From: Macrostomum lignano
Taxonomy: Eukaryota
Assembly: GCA_002269645.1 (NCBI GenBank)
Contig: NIVC01003992.1
Coordinates: forward strand, 1-64,000
Reading direction: 5' to 3'
Length of the DNA stretch: 64,000 nt
The notes under the pieces were generated by a model. The model saw nothing but the letters and a program-made list of their open reading frames with translations. It searched no databases and was not told the origin of the DNA. The position numbers and the translations under genes are program-made. Shown piece by piece: positions 36,412-64,000 of this stretch; the first letter of the stretch is position 1; the number at the start of each line of letters is the position of its first letter.

Positions 36412-37135
36412 TTGAGAATTGTAAGGGCTGTGTGTCTCACTATGAGATTGTAGGGGCTGTGTGTCTCACCATGAGATTGTAGGGGCTGTGTTTCTCACTA
36501 TGAGATTGTAGGGGCTGTGTGTCTCACTATGAGATTGTAGGGGCTGTGTGTCTCACTATGAGATTGTAGGGGCTGTGTGTCTCACTATGAGATTGTAGGG
36601 GCTGTGTGTCTCACTATGAGATTGTAGGGGCTGTGTGTCTCACCATGAGATTGTAGGGGCTGTGTGTCTCACTATGAGATTGTAGTGGCTGTGTGTCTCA
36701 CTATGAGATTGTAGGGGCTGTGTGTCTCACTATGAGATTGTAGGGGCTGTGTGTCTCACTATGAGATTGTAGGGGCTGTGTGTCTCACTATGAGATTGTA
36801 GGGGCTGTGTGTCTCACCATGAGATTGTAGGGGCTGTGTGTCTCACTATGAGATTGTAGGGCTGTGTGTCTCACTATGAGATTGTAGGGGCTGTGTGTCT
36901 CACTATGAGATTGTAGGGGCTGTGTGTCTCACTATGAGATTGTAGGGGCTGTGTGTCTCACTATGAGATTGTAGGGGGTGTGTGTCTCACTATGAGATTG
37001 TAGGGGCTGTGTGTCTCACTATGAGATTGTAGGGGCTGTGTGTCTCACTATGAAATTGTAGGGGGTCTGTGTCTCACTATGAGATTGTAGGGGCTGTGTG
37101 TCTCACTATGAGATTGTAGAGGCTTTGTGTCTCAC
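36412..37135. repeat. 29-bp minisatellite
   Basis: Unit GGGGCTGTGTGTCTCACTATGAGATTGTA, about 25 copies. Confidence 0.97.
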
Positions 37136-37639
37136 TTCGAGAAAGGGGGTGTTTTCTCCCAAAGCAGATTTTTGTGAGCACTAATTGTCCTCCAGTCAGA
37201 TGCAGCATCAATCGGTAGGTCACGTGCTCCAGTCAGACTCAGACAGCACGCACTGCTCCAATCCTGTCTGCTCAGCTCAGCCCTTCACACTCTTGGCTCC
37301 TTTCTTCTTTGGCAGAAACTGTCATTTGAAAAAGTTTACCGCAATTGGCTGCAGTGCCTGCCTGGAACTTCTGCTGCTTGTTCTCTTTCAACCCCCCCCC
37401 TCCCTAAAGGCACAGGCTTGGGCGGTTCTCTGGGAGGGTTGAATTTCAGCACACAATGGGACCAACTGAGCACTGTGATTAGAAGTCTGACAGGCCTCAC
37501 TGCTTAGGTAAGTCTGTCTGGGACCAGCGCAAAAAGAAATTTGAAAAATGTATATTTAGCGTCGCAAGATGATTGATTGAAAGGTTGGGGAGAATTTCTT
37601 TCAATCAAAAAGAAGTGCGAGAGGAACTACAGCTGAAGA

Positions 37640-39086
37640 AAGTGTCCATTCCTCATCGCGTATGAGTGTCTCAAGAGTGGGAAGTGTCCATTCCTCATCG
37701 CGTAGAGTGTCTCAAAAGTGGAAAGTGTCCATTCCTCATCGCGTATGAGTGTCTCAAGAGTGGGAAGTGTCCATTCCTCATCGCGTAGAGTGTCTCAAAA
37801 GTGGAAAGTGTCCATTCCTCATCGCGTATGAGTGTCTCAAGAGTGGGAAGTGTCCATTCCTCACCGCGTATGAGTGTCTTAACAGTGGGAAGTATCCATT
37901 CCTCATCGCGTATGAGTGTCTCAACAGTGGGAAGTATCCATTCCTCACCGCGTATGAGTGTCTCAACAGTGGGAAGTGTCCATTCCTCATCGCTTATGAG
38001 TGTCTCAACAGTGGGAAGTGTCCATTCCACATCGCGTATGAGTGTCTCAACAGTGGTAAGTGTCCATTCCTCATCTCTTATGAGTGTCTCAACAGTGGGA
38101 AGTATCCATTCCTCATCGCGTAGAGTGTCTCAAGAGTGGTAAGTGTCCATTCCTCATCTCTTATGAGTGTCTCAACAGTGGGAAGTATCCATTCCTCATC
38201 GCGTAGAGTGTCTCAAGAGTGGTAAGTGTCCATTCCTCATCGCGTATGAGTGTCTCAACAGTGGGAAGTGTCCATTCCTCATCGCGTATGAGTGTCTCTA
38301 CAGTGGGAAGTGTCCATTCCTCACCGCGTATGAGTGTCTCAACAGTGGGAAGTGTCCATTCCTCATCGCGTATGAGTGTCTCAACAGTGGGAAGTGTCCA
38401 TTCCTCATCGCTTATGAGTGTCTCAACAGTGGGAAGTGTCCATTCCTCATCGCGTATGAGTGTCTCAACAGTGGTAAGTGTCCATTCCTCATCTCTTATG
38501 AGTGTCTCAACAGTGGGAAGTGTCCATTCCTCATCGCGTATGAGTGTCTCTACAGTGGGAAGTGTCCATTCCTCACCGCGTATGAGTGTCTCAACAGTGG
38601 GAAGTGTCCATTCCTCATCGCGTATGAGTGTCTCAACAGTGGGAAGTGTCCATTCCTCATCGCTTATGAGTGTCTCAACAGTGGGAAGTGTCCATTCCAC
38701 ATCGCGTATGAGTGTCTCAACAGTGGTAAGTGTCCATTCCTCATCTCTTATGAGTGTCTCAACAGTGGGAAGTATCCATTCCTCATCGCGTATGAGTGTC
38801 TCAAGAGTGGGAAGTGTCCATTCCTCATCGCGTATGAGTGTCTCAACAGTGGGAAGTGTCCGTTCCTCACCGCGTATGAGTGTCTCAACAGTGGGAAGTA
38901 TCCATTCCTCATCGCGTATGAGTGTCTCAAGAGTGGGAAGTGTCCATTCCTCATCGCGTATGAGTGTCTCAACAGTGGGAAGTGTCCGTTCCTCACCGCG
39001 TATGAGTGTCTCAACAGTGGGAAGTGTCCGTTCCTCACCGCGTACGAGTGTCTCAAGAGTGGGAAGTGTCCGTTCCTCGCCGCGTA
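37640..39086. repeat. 42-bp minisatellite
   Basis: Unit GAGTGTCTCAACAGTGGGAAGTGTCCATTCCTCATCGCGTAT, about 34 copies. Confidence 0.97.
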
Positions 39087-39914
39087 TTCTCTTCTTCAAT
39101 CTCAGTTAGTTATTCTTGAATGCAGTCATGAGACTCAGTTGCAGCTACCTAGATCTCGATACGAACGCTCCTAGCCGTGACAAACCGTGCTCATTAATAA
39201 TTAATTAGGTGCATATGGCCGGTCCGCATACAGAAGAGAAAGCCGAGGCCACTGATTTCCGAGTATGATCTGGTCTATCAAGCTTCCAGCAATCTCATTA
39301 TCACCTGACAAGAAGGCAGTGAAAAAGGCCCATATGGCCTCAGTCATTTGATATTGCCTAGCAACAATATCCAGCATGCTCAAGGTAGCGGACGCCACTT
39401 CATTCATATTCTATATCTTTGCGTGATCTGTTTAGCTTGTCACTTCCCTGTCTGATAACCCCTATCCTCAGGGCAAATCCCGCACAATCCACACCCGCAT
39501 TGGTTTGCCATGGCAACCGTCGGTTATGCCGGATTTCTGGCGGTAGTTACAGCTATGGAAAATTTATAGCTATGGAGAAGCGAGAGTTATAATTTGGACA
39601 AACACGATGGCTCTGAGTTCTGAGAGTAGAGTGTAAAGTGGCCTCGCACTGTATACTCATGAATTTCTGTTTGTACCTGAATGTGATTGAGTTGAGGAGC
39701 AAAGCTGAAAGCAGTGGCATTGGTGGCTGCTGGCTCACCAGGAGTGGATTTGCTAGTTTGAGCAGCAGCCTACTCAGTGCGAGTCTGGCCTCCATGAGAG
39801 TAATTAATCTGATGCTCGCAGAGTGGATTAAGTGGGCACGCCTTGATTCAACTCAGTTCCTCGACCAGTTCTAGCTCATCGAGGTTGCTTTGAGGTAGAC
39901 ACTTCAGAGTGGCT

Positions 39915-41386
39915 CTTAGGTAGCTTCACCAGAGTAACCTATTGAGGTAGCTTCACCAGAGTAACCTATTGAGGTAGCTTCACCAGAGTAACCTATTGAG
40001 GTAGCTTCACCAGAGTAACCTATTGAGGTAGCTTCACTAGAGTAACCTATTGAGGTAGCTTCATCAGAGTAACCTATTGAGGTAGCTTCACCAGAGTAAC
40101 CTATTGAGGTAGCTTCACCAGAGTAACCTATTGAGGTAGCTTCACCAGAGTAACCTATTGAGGTAGCTTCACCAGAGTAACCTATTGAGGTAGCTTCACT
40201 AGAGTAATCTATTGAGGTAGCTTCACCAGAGTAACCTATTGAGGTAGCTTCATCAGAGTAACCTATTCAGGTAGCTTCACCAGAGTAACCTATTGAGGTA
40301 GCTTCACTAGAGTAATCTATTGAGGTAGCTTCACCAGAGTAACCTATTGAGGTAGCTTCACTAGAGTAACCTATTGAGGTAGCTTCACCAGAGTAACCTA
40401 TTAAGGTAGCTTCACTAGAGTAACCTATTGAGGTAGCTTCACCAGAGTAATCTATTGAGGTAGCTTCATCAGAGTAACCTATTGAGGTAGCTTCACCAGA
40501 GTAATCTATTGAGGTAGCTTCACTAGAGTAACCTATTGAGGTAGCTTCATCAGAGTAACCCATTGAGGTAACTTCATCAGAGTAACCCATTGAGGTAGCT
40601 TCACCAGAGTAACCTATTAAGGTAGCTTCACTAGAGTAATCTATTGAGGTAGCTTCACTAGAGTAATCTATTGAGGTAGCTTCACCAGAGTAATCTATTG
40701 AGGTAGCTTCACCAGAGTAACCTATTGAGGTAGCTTCATCAGAGTAACCTATTGAGGTAGCTTCACCAGAGTAACCTATTGAGGTAGCTTCACCAGAGTA
40801 ACCTATTGAGGTAACTTTACCAGAGTAACCTATTGAGGTAGCTTCACCAGAGTAATCTATTGAGGTAGCTTCACTAGAGTAATCTATTGAGGTAGCTTCA
40901 CCAGAGTAACCTATTGAGGTAGCTTCATAAGAGTAACCCATTGAGGTAACTTCACCAGAGTAACCTATTAAGGTAGCTTCACTAGAGTAATCTATTGAGG
41001 TAGCTTCACTAGAGTAATCTATTGAGGTAGCTTCACCAGAGTAACCTATTGAGGTAGCTTCACCAGAGTAACCTATTGAGGTAGCTTCACCAGAGTAACC
41101 TATTGAGGTAGCTTCACCAGAGTAACCTATTGAGGTAGCTTCACTAGAGTAATCTATTGAGGTAGCTTCACCAGAGTAACCTATTGAGGTAGCTTCACCA
41201 GAGTAACCTATTGAGGTAGCTTCATCAGAGTAACCCATTGAGGTAGCTTCACCAGAGTAACCTATTGAGGTAACTTCACCAGAGTAACCTACTGAGGTAG
41301 CTTCACCAGAGTAACCTATTCAGGTAGCTTCACCAGAGTAACCTATTGAGGTAGCTTCACCAGAGTAACCTATTGAGGTAACTTCA
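39915..41386. repeat. 27-bp minisatellite
   Basis: Unit GAGGTAGCTTCACCAGAGTAACCTATT, about 54 copies. Confidence 0.97.
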
Positions 41387-41774
41387 GAAGCCCTCCGTGA
41401 ACTAAGCCATTATGTTCATCATATGACCTGAAGAGACGCGCTCCATCCGCAATGCCGCGAACGCTAATGAATATTAATTTAGTTGCTGCATTGCTCGCCA
41501 CAGTTTGACACAATAGGAAATCTTCTGATTTATTATTTAATTACTGCTATTTTTTACTCAATTAGGCGGCCGCTTGTGTCTGCCCAGCCCTGGAAACTGG
41601 CTTCATCATTTATCGTTGAGTAAATGTTTCATTTGGCTTATTTGACAGTTGAAAATAGCCCAGGGCAGCAGTACTCTTATGAGCTGTACTGTCCGTAATT
41701 TAAAAGCAATTTGGAGTCCACGTGCACAAGCGAGTAATTCGTGGATGGATGAAAGATAATTTTAAACTGTTTTA

Positions 41775-43588
41775 TGGGACCCAGACTCTAGCTTTGACTA
41801 CCTAGACCCCCAGAGTCTAGCGCCACCTAGACCCCCAGAGTCTAGCGCCACCTAGACCCCCAGAGTCTAGCGCCACCTAGACCCCCAGAGTCTAGCGCTA
41901 TCTAGACCCCCAGAGTCTAGCGCTTAATTAGACCACCAGAGTCTAGCGCTTAATTAGACCACCAGAGTCTAGCGCTATCTAGACCCCCAGAGTCTAGCGC
42001 CACCTAGATCCCCAGAGTCTAGCGCTATCTAGACCCCCAGAGTCTAGCGCTTAATTAGACCACCAGACTCTAGCGCTATCTAGACCCCCAGAGTCTAGCG
42101 CTATCTAGACCCCCAGAGTCTAGCGCCACCTAGATCCCCAGAGTCTAGCGCTATCTAGACCCCCAGAGTCTAGCGCTTAATTAGACCACCAGAGTCTAGC
42201 GCTTAATTAGACCCCCAGAGTCTAGCGCTATCTAGACCCCCAGAGTTTAGCGCCACCTAGATCCCCAGAGTCTAGCGCTATCTAGACCCCCAGAGTCTAG
42301 CGCTTAATTAGACCACCAGAGTCTAGCGCTTAATTAGACCACCAGAGTCTAGCGCTATCTAGACCCCCAGAGTCTAGCGCTTAATTAGACCCCCAGAGTC
42401 TAGCGCTATCTAGACCCCCAGAGTCTAGCGCCACCTAGATCCCCAGAGTCTAGCGCTATCTAGACCCCCAGAGTCTAGCGCTTAATTAGACCCCCAGAGT
42501 CTAGCGCTTAATTAGACCACCAGAGTCTAGCGCTTAATTAGACCCCCAGAGTCTAGCGCTTAATTAGACCACCAGAGTCTAGCGCTTAATTAGACCACCA
42601 GAGTCTAGCGCTATCTAGACCCCCAGAGTCTAGCGCCACCTAGATCCCCAGAGTCTAGCGCTATCTAGACCCCCAGAGTCTAGCGCTTAATTAGACCACC
42701 AGAGTCTAGCGCTTTATTAGACCACCAGAGTCTAGCGCTATCTAGACCCCCAGAGTCTAGCGCTTAATTAGACCCCCAGAGTCTAGCGCTATCTAGACCC
42801 CCAGAGTCTAGCGCTTAATTAGACCACCAGACTCTAGCGCTATCTAGACCCCCAGAGTCTAGCGCCACCTAGATCCCCAGAGTCTAGCGCTATCTAGACC
42901 CCCAGAGTCTAGCGCTTAATTAGACCCTCAGAGTTTAGCGCTTAATTAGACCACCAGAGTCTAGCGCTTAATTAGACCCCCAGAGTCTAGCGCTTAATTA
43001 GACCACCAGAGTCTAGCGCTTAATTAGACCCCCAGAGTCTAGCGCTTAATTAGACCACCAGAGTCTAGCGCTTAATTAGACCACCAGAGTCTAGCGCTAT
43101 CTAGACCCCCAGAGTCTAGCGCCACCTAGATTCCCAGAGTCTAGCGCTATCTAGACCCCCAGAGTCTAGCGCTATCTAGACCCCCAGAGTCTAGCGCTTG
43201 ATTAGACCACCAGAGTCTAGCGCTTAATTAGACCACCAGAGTCTAGCGCTTAATTAGAACCCCAGAGTCTAGCGCTTAATTAGACCACCAGAGTCTAGCG
43301 CTTAATTAGACCACCAGAGTCTAGCGCTTAATTAGACCACCAGAGTCTAGCGCTTAATTAGACCACCAGAGTCTAGCGCTATCTAGACCCCCAGAGTCTA
43401 GCGCCACCTAGATTCCCAGAGTCTAGCGCTATCTAGACCCCCAGAGTCTAGCGCTATCTAGACCCCCAGAGTCTAGCGCTTGATTAGACCACCAGAGTCT
43501 AGCGCTTAATTAGACCACCAGAGTCTAGCGCTTAATTAGACCACCAGAGTCTAGCGCTATCTAGACCCCCAGAGTCTAGCGCTTAATT
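41775..43588. repeat. 25/26-bp minisatellite with interspersed variants
   Basis: Units TAGACCCCCAGAGTCTAGCGCTATC, TAGACCACCAGAGTCTAGCGCTTAAT and a ...GCGCCACC variant, about 70 copies. Confidence 0.97.
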
Positions 43589-44329
43589 GGCACCGAGTCT
43601 GGCGCAAACTAGGCGTCATAGTCTAGCCTCAAAAATGACGGAAGCAACTAGCTCCTGTAAAAGTACAACTCATTAAGCATCTGAAATGCAATAATAAGAG
43701 CTACTCAAAGCCAGCAACTCGGTTTATAGTAAAAAGGATTTATTGGGCTCATGGAATTGAGAACCCGATTCAGCCAGGCGGGAAAAAACAATATATCACT
43801 GCGCGAGATCCGCAGTGATTTTCTCTTTCTCTCTTCCTACGCGTCCAGCTATCTCTGTTCGACATCAATGGGGGATTTGGCGGAGGCGGATAAATTTCTG
43901 GATGAGATTTAACTATCCGTTTTCACAATGGCTTTTCAATAATTTCTCGTCGTTCCTGTTGTTAGTAGAGTATAACGGTTTTGACTATCTAAAAATAGTC
44001 AGTAAATTTTCTGTCAACCGGTTATGCTGCGGTGACTCAATTCTCATTGGATCGGTCTGGCGTGGATTGAACTGTTGCTTCCATTCCGGCTTCATCAGCC
44101 ACCCACCCCAGTCTCCAAGCTCAGCTGCCAACCCAAATTGTCTGGCAGCAGAAACCGGTTCCTCCAGAGAAATATTTGTCAAAATTTTCTACTGTTTAGA
44201 TAATTCTGCTTCATGATGGCGTCTGGCAAAGTCCTCTTCTTGAGCAGAAACCATAACAGACAATAGTCTCGTTAAAAACTCTGACTCAAGTGTATTATGC
44301 CTAGCTTATGAAGCCACAGGTAGCAGAGG

Positions 44330-44910
44330 TACAGAATCCCAAACTCATGCTGCTGAGCAGTACAGAATCCCAAACTCATGCTGCTGAGCAGTACAGAATC
44401 CCAAACTCATGCTGCTGATCGGTACAGAATCCCAAACTCATGCTGCTGAGCAGTACAGAATCTCAAACTCATGCTGCTGAGCAGTACAGAATCCCAAACT
44501 CATGCTGCTGATCGGTACAGAATCTCAAACTCATGCTGCTGAGCAGTACAGAATCCCAAACTCATGCTGCTGATCAGTACAGAATCCCAAACTCATGCTG
44601 CTGATCGGTACAGAATCCCAAACTCATGCTGCTGAGCAGTACAGAATCCCAAACTCATGCTGCTGAGCAGTACAGAATCCCAAACTCATGCTGCTGAGCA
44701 GTACAGAATCCCAAACTCATGCTGCTGATCGGTACAGAATCCCAAACTCATGCTGCTGAGCGATACAGAATCTCAAACTCATGCTGCTGAGCAGTACAGA
44801 ATCCCAAACTCATGCTGCTGATCGGTACAGAATCTCAAACTCATGCTGCTGAGCAGTACAGAATCCCAAACTCATGCTGCTGATCGGTACAGAATCTCAA
44901 ACTCATGCTG
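44330..44910. repeat. 31-bp minisatellite
   Basis: Unit CAGTACAGAATCCCAAACTCATGCTGCTGAG, about 18 copies. Confidence 0.97.
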
Positions 44911-46335
44911 TCGCACGGCACATAAGTTAAGCCATATCAGTTGGTGATCCAGTAACGTGTGAAGAGGCCGCAAGTGGCGTCCTGTTGCTCGTCGTGGTAT
45001 CCTGATGAAGCTCCTAGTCCTGGACCTGGATCTCCATTTTTTCTCAAAAGCCACAAATTAATTTGACTGAGCAGCGCGGAGTCAAACTTAGGTAATTGGC
45101 TTTAACCTCTGATAAGTTATTGACTTTTGCTAGAATTTTTATCTTATGCAAAGATATTTCTAGAAAAACTTGCTTTGAATCTTTTCAAGCCTTCAAGTTC
45201 AAATCGTCTGCAGTCGGGCTATTTGTTCTCAACCAGTTGTACTTTATAAACGATCGTTTCTTAGCTCGCATAAGAAACAAAATAATCCACTGCAGTATCG
45301 CACTAATGGTATTAAGAAACGCGCAGCCCCCAGCAGCCTTGAGTTAGATGTGTATGTTGCTGCGTCTGCTTGCTTGCTACTGGAAGCAGCCGGTCTGCCT
45401 CCCACCTCACCCCCTCCAAACTGAATGTCCAGACTGGCACATCAGCTGCCCTCCCGGTTTCCAGCCTCAGCGGGGAGAAGGCTGCATCCAGACCAGTTCC
45501 TCACAGCGATTCCACGGCGTTCTAGAACTAGAAGTCTCGCTAGGTGCATGAAGCACTCATTGACGAAGAAATTGATCACGACAAAAGACGGTTTAAAATT
45601 TGACATTTTTTGCAACTCAATCATGATTCAGCTATGTGAATTCAAGGCCTCAAATTAGGATGCATCTCTAGTTTGTTTCTATGCCGGTCTCCAGATGCTG
45701 GATCTAGTGCTCCGTGGCTGCAGCACCCGTTACCAAATTCTCCAAGTGCGATCCGCGCAGTCGCAGCAGTGGCCGCAAGGACTGTGGGGGGAGACGAGAG
45801 TAAATGGATGGGGCGCTGTGGCTCATTGCTTATGAATTATTTAGTAGCAACCCTAGTAGCTAGAGCCGCACTGTTCCCTATCCGACGCTGTTGGGGGGGG
45901 GGGTAAAAATGGTCGCCGAAGCACGACTTTGGTAGCTATGCGGGCCGCGGCTGTCCTGTTGGTTACAGAAATTGCACTGAGAGACAGCTGGTGTGAGAGA
46001 ACTACGGGATCTGAGCAGGATGGGCGCTTGTTCTTACAGCAGCATGTATACTTTTATTATATTACTAAACCTTCACTTTCCCACTGTCTAAGTGCGACAG
46101 TTGGACTCGCGGGGTGTGCTCGATGTGCATATTTCCTACTTAAGTCCGTTATATACTTTGTGCTTGCGGTTTTCGGAGCCTAGAGAGCACTGGAAAGCAA
46201 TGAAGGCAAGAGACAGGGGACGGAGAGCATTGGAGGGGATGCAAGTCTTCCTCAAGGTTGCGTGCCGTCCCCTAAGAGTCCTCCGCTTGCTTGGGCAGCA
46301 GCGACACGGGACATCTCGTATTGATTTCATGGAAA

Positions 46336-46337
<2 letters not shown>

Positions 46338-46405
<68 letters not shown>
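46338..46405. repeat. (CA)n microsatellite
   Basis: Direct inspection; another short (CA)n lies at about 24454-24488. Confidence 0.97.
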
Positions 46406-46406
<1 letters not shown>

Positions 46407-47505
46407 AAAGCATTCTGCGGCCCCGTGTAGGCCTTCAGTGAGAGAAAGAACGGAATGAGGAGAACTGAGTTTTGGGGGGAGGGGTCCAGACTCAAAGCAG
46501 AGAAGCCTCTTGCGAATCTCCTCACGCTACGGGGGGTATTGGCATTGGGTGGTCGGAGCGGAGGCGCCTCATCGCCCCGTTCATTCCTTTCCCTTTTCCC
46601 TCCTCGCTCTCCCCCCCTCTCTCGGATGTCCCCCCGGTAGAATGCAGAGGATTTCCCTTTATTTCTCTCCCAAAGCTTTCATGCATCGCAGTCCTCGCTC
46701 GATTTACCCCCTGCTCTTCATTTCTTGGGCCATTTTTTTTCCACTTTAGCTTTCCGCCATCTTATGCGGTTAGTTGCTACCCCTGCCGAGTGCACCTGGA
46801 TAACCTACTCGTACTTCTCACAAATCTGGAGCTTTCACAGTGCTAATCTGGTTTTCTCAACTTCAAGAAACGATAATTATGTTACATTATTATTGACTGG
46901 GCAGATCGCAGCCTCATTGGGCTAAAGGGTGGGCAGAGCACGACATCTAGTGACATGCCTGACGATTAGAAAGTCAGGGCTGCTGTACACCCCTTGTGAG
47001 CGTGTGTGTGAGTTTGCTGTCAATGTACTCCTAATGAATTCCAACCAGCCTATTGATGTGCCAATAGGCCAGTTTACGACCAGCTCAAGCTCAAGCCGTC
47101 TCCTCGGCATAGGAACAATTTTTTTACACAATTCCGCCAATTATTTCCCGACGCCTTGTTGGGCTCAGCCGGCGTCATGGCCAAAGTATGCACGGCTAAT
47201 AGCCAGAACCATAGCAGCGGAGAAGTTGGACTTCGCGCTGGGTTAGGGAAGTGACAGGGAGAGAGCGAGAGGATGCAAGGGGGACTGTCGGCTGTGGTCG
47301 GCGTGGCGGTAGGGTGACAGCATTTTATTATACGTTGGGGTGGGGTAGAGAGCCAGGGGACCTCCAAATTGGAGCTTGGGCATTTCGGGGATTGTTAAGC
47401 GGCTTGATGGTGGTGGTAGAACAGAAGGCTCATGAGAGAAACAGAGGCGGGAAGAGAGGAGAGTGAGGGCAGGAGAAGATGGGGAGAAGGTGCGCGCAGT
47501 GAGCA

Positions 47506-64000
<16,495 letters not shown>

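Noticed and set aside
39201-39407. 68-aa protein-looking ORF between arrays (MNEVASATLSMLDIVARQ...)
   Set aside because: Short, no recognisable motif and no supporting exons. A BLASTP or RNA-seq hit would be needed.
37695-41238. Long ORFs with Cys-rich or mucin-like repeats (e.g. YECLNSGKCPFL, 335 aa; SIGYSGEAT, 323 aa)
   Set aside because: They are translations of 42- and 27-bp minisatellites. Unit lengths divisible by 3 keep several frames open on both strands; no unique coding flanks or splice context. The same applies to ORFs at 16323-16915, 24855-25801, 31239-32466, 48951-49959, 51007-51585, 52948-53781 and 58599-59101.

Overview
Eukaryotic (animal) genomic DNA with GT-AG introns; roughly a quarter of the window is micro- or minisatellite. 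The repeat style and divergent proteins would fit a flatworm such as Macrostomum, but that is unverified inference. Three host genes were reconstructed by hand with phase-consistent splicing. (1) Laminin beta chain, minus strand, ATG at 9907, 15 exons running off the left edge; the last visible exon has clustered single-G frameshifts. (2) A 3-exon, ~570-aa Mlx/Mondo-like bHLH-leucine-zipper gene (14304-17344, +) with a degenerate DNA-binding region. (3) The 5' part of an L-type (Cav1) voltage-gated calcium channel alpha-1 gene (47506 to the right edge, +). The best accessory find is a 1466-bp non-autonomous P-superfamily DNA transposon (109-bp TIRs, 8-bp TSD) that keeps only a spliced THAP-domain gene, like the Drosophila KP repressor. 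It appears to sit in an exon of an unknown gene. Also present: four tRNA-derived SINEs (two with clear TSDs, one CORE-like), a cluster of seven TACATGTA palindromes between the divergent laminin and bHLH genes, about 20 unrelated minisatellites whose units mostly contain short hairpins, and an inverted (GATA)n/(TATC)n pair in Cav1 intron 1. No CRISPR array, rRNA or true tRNA gene was seen.
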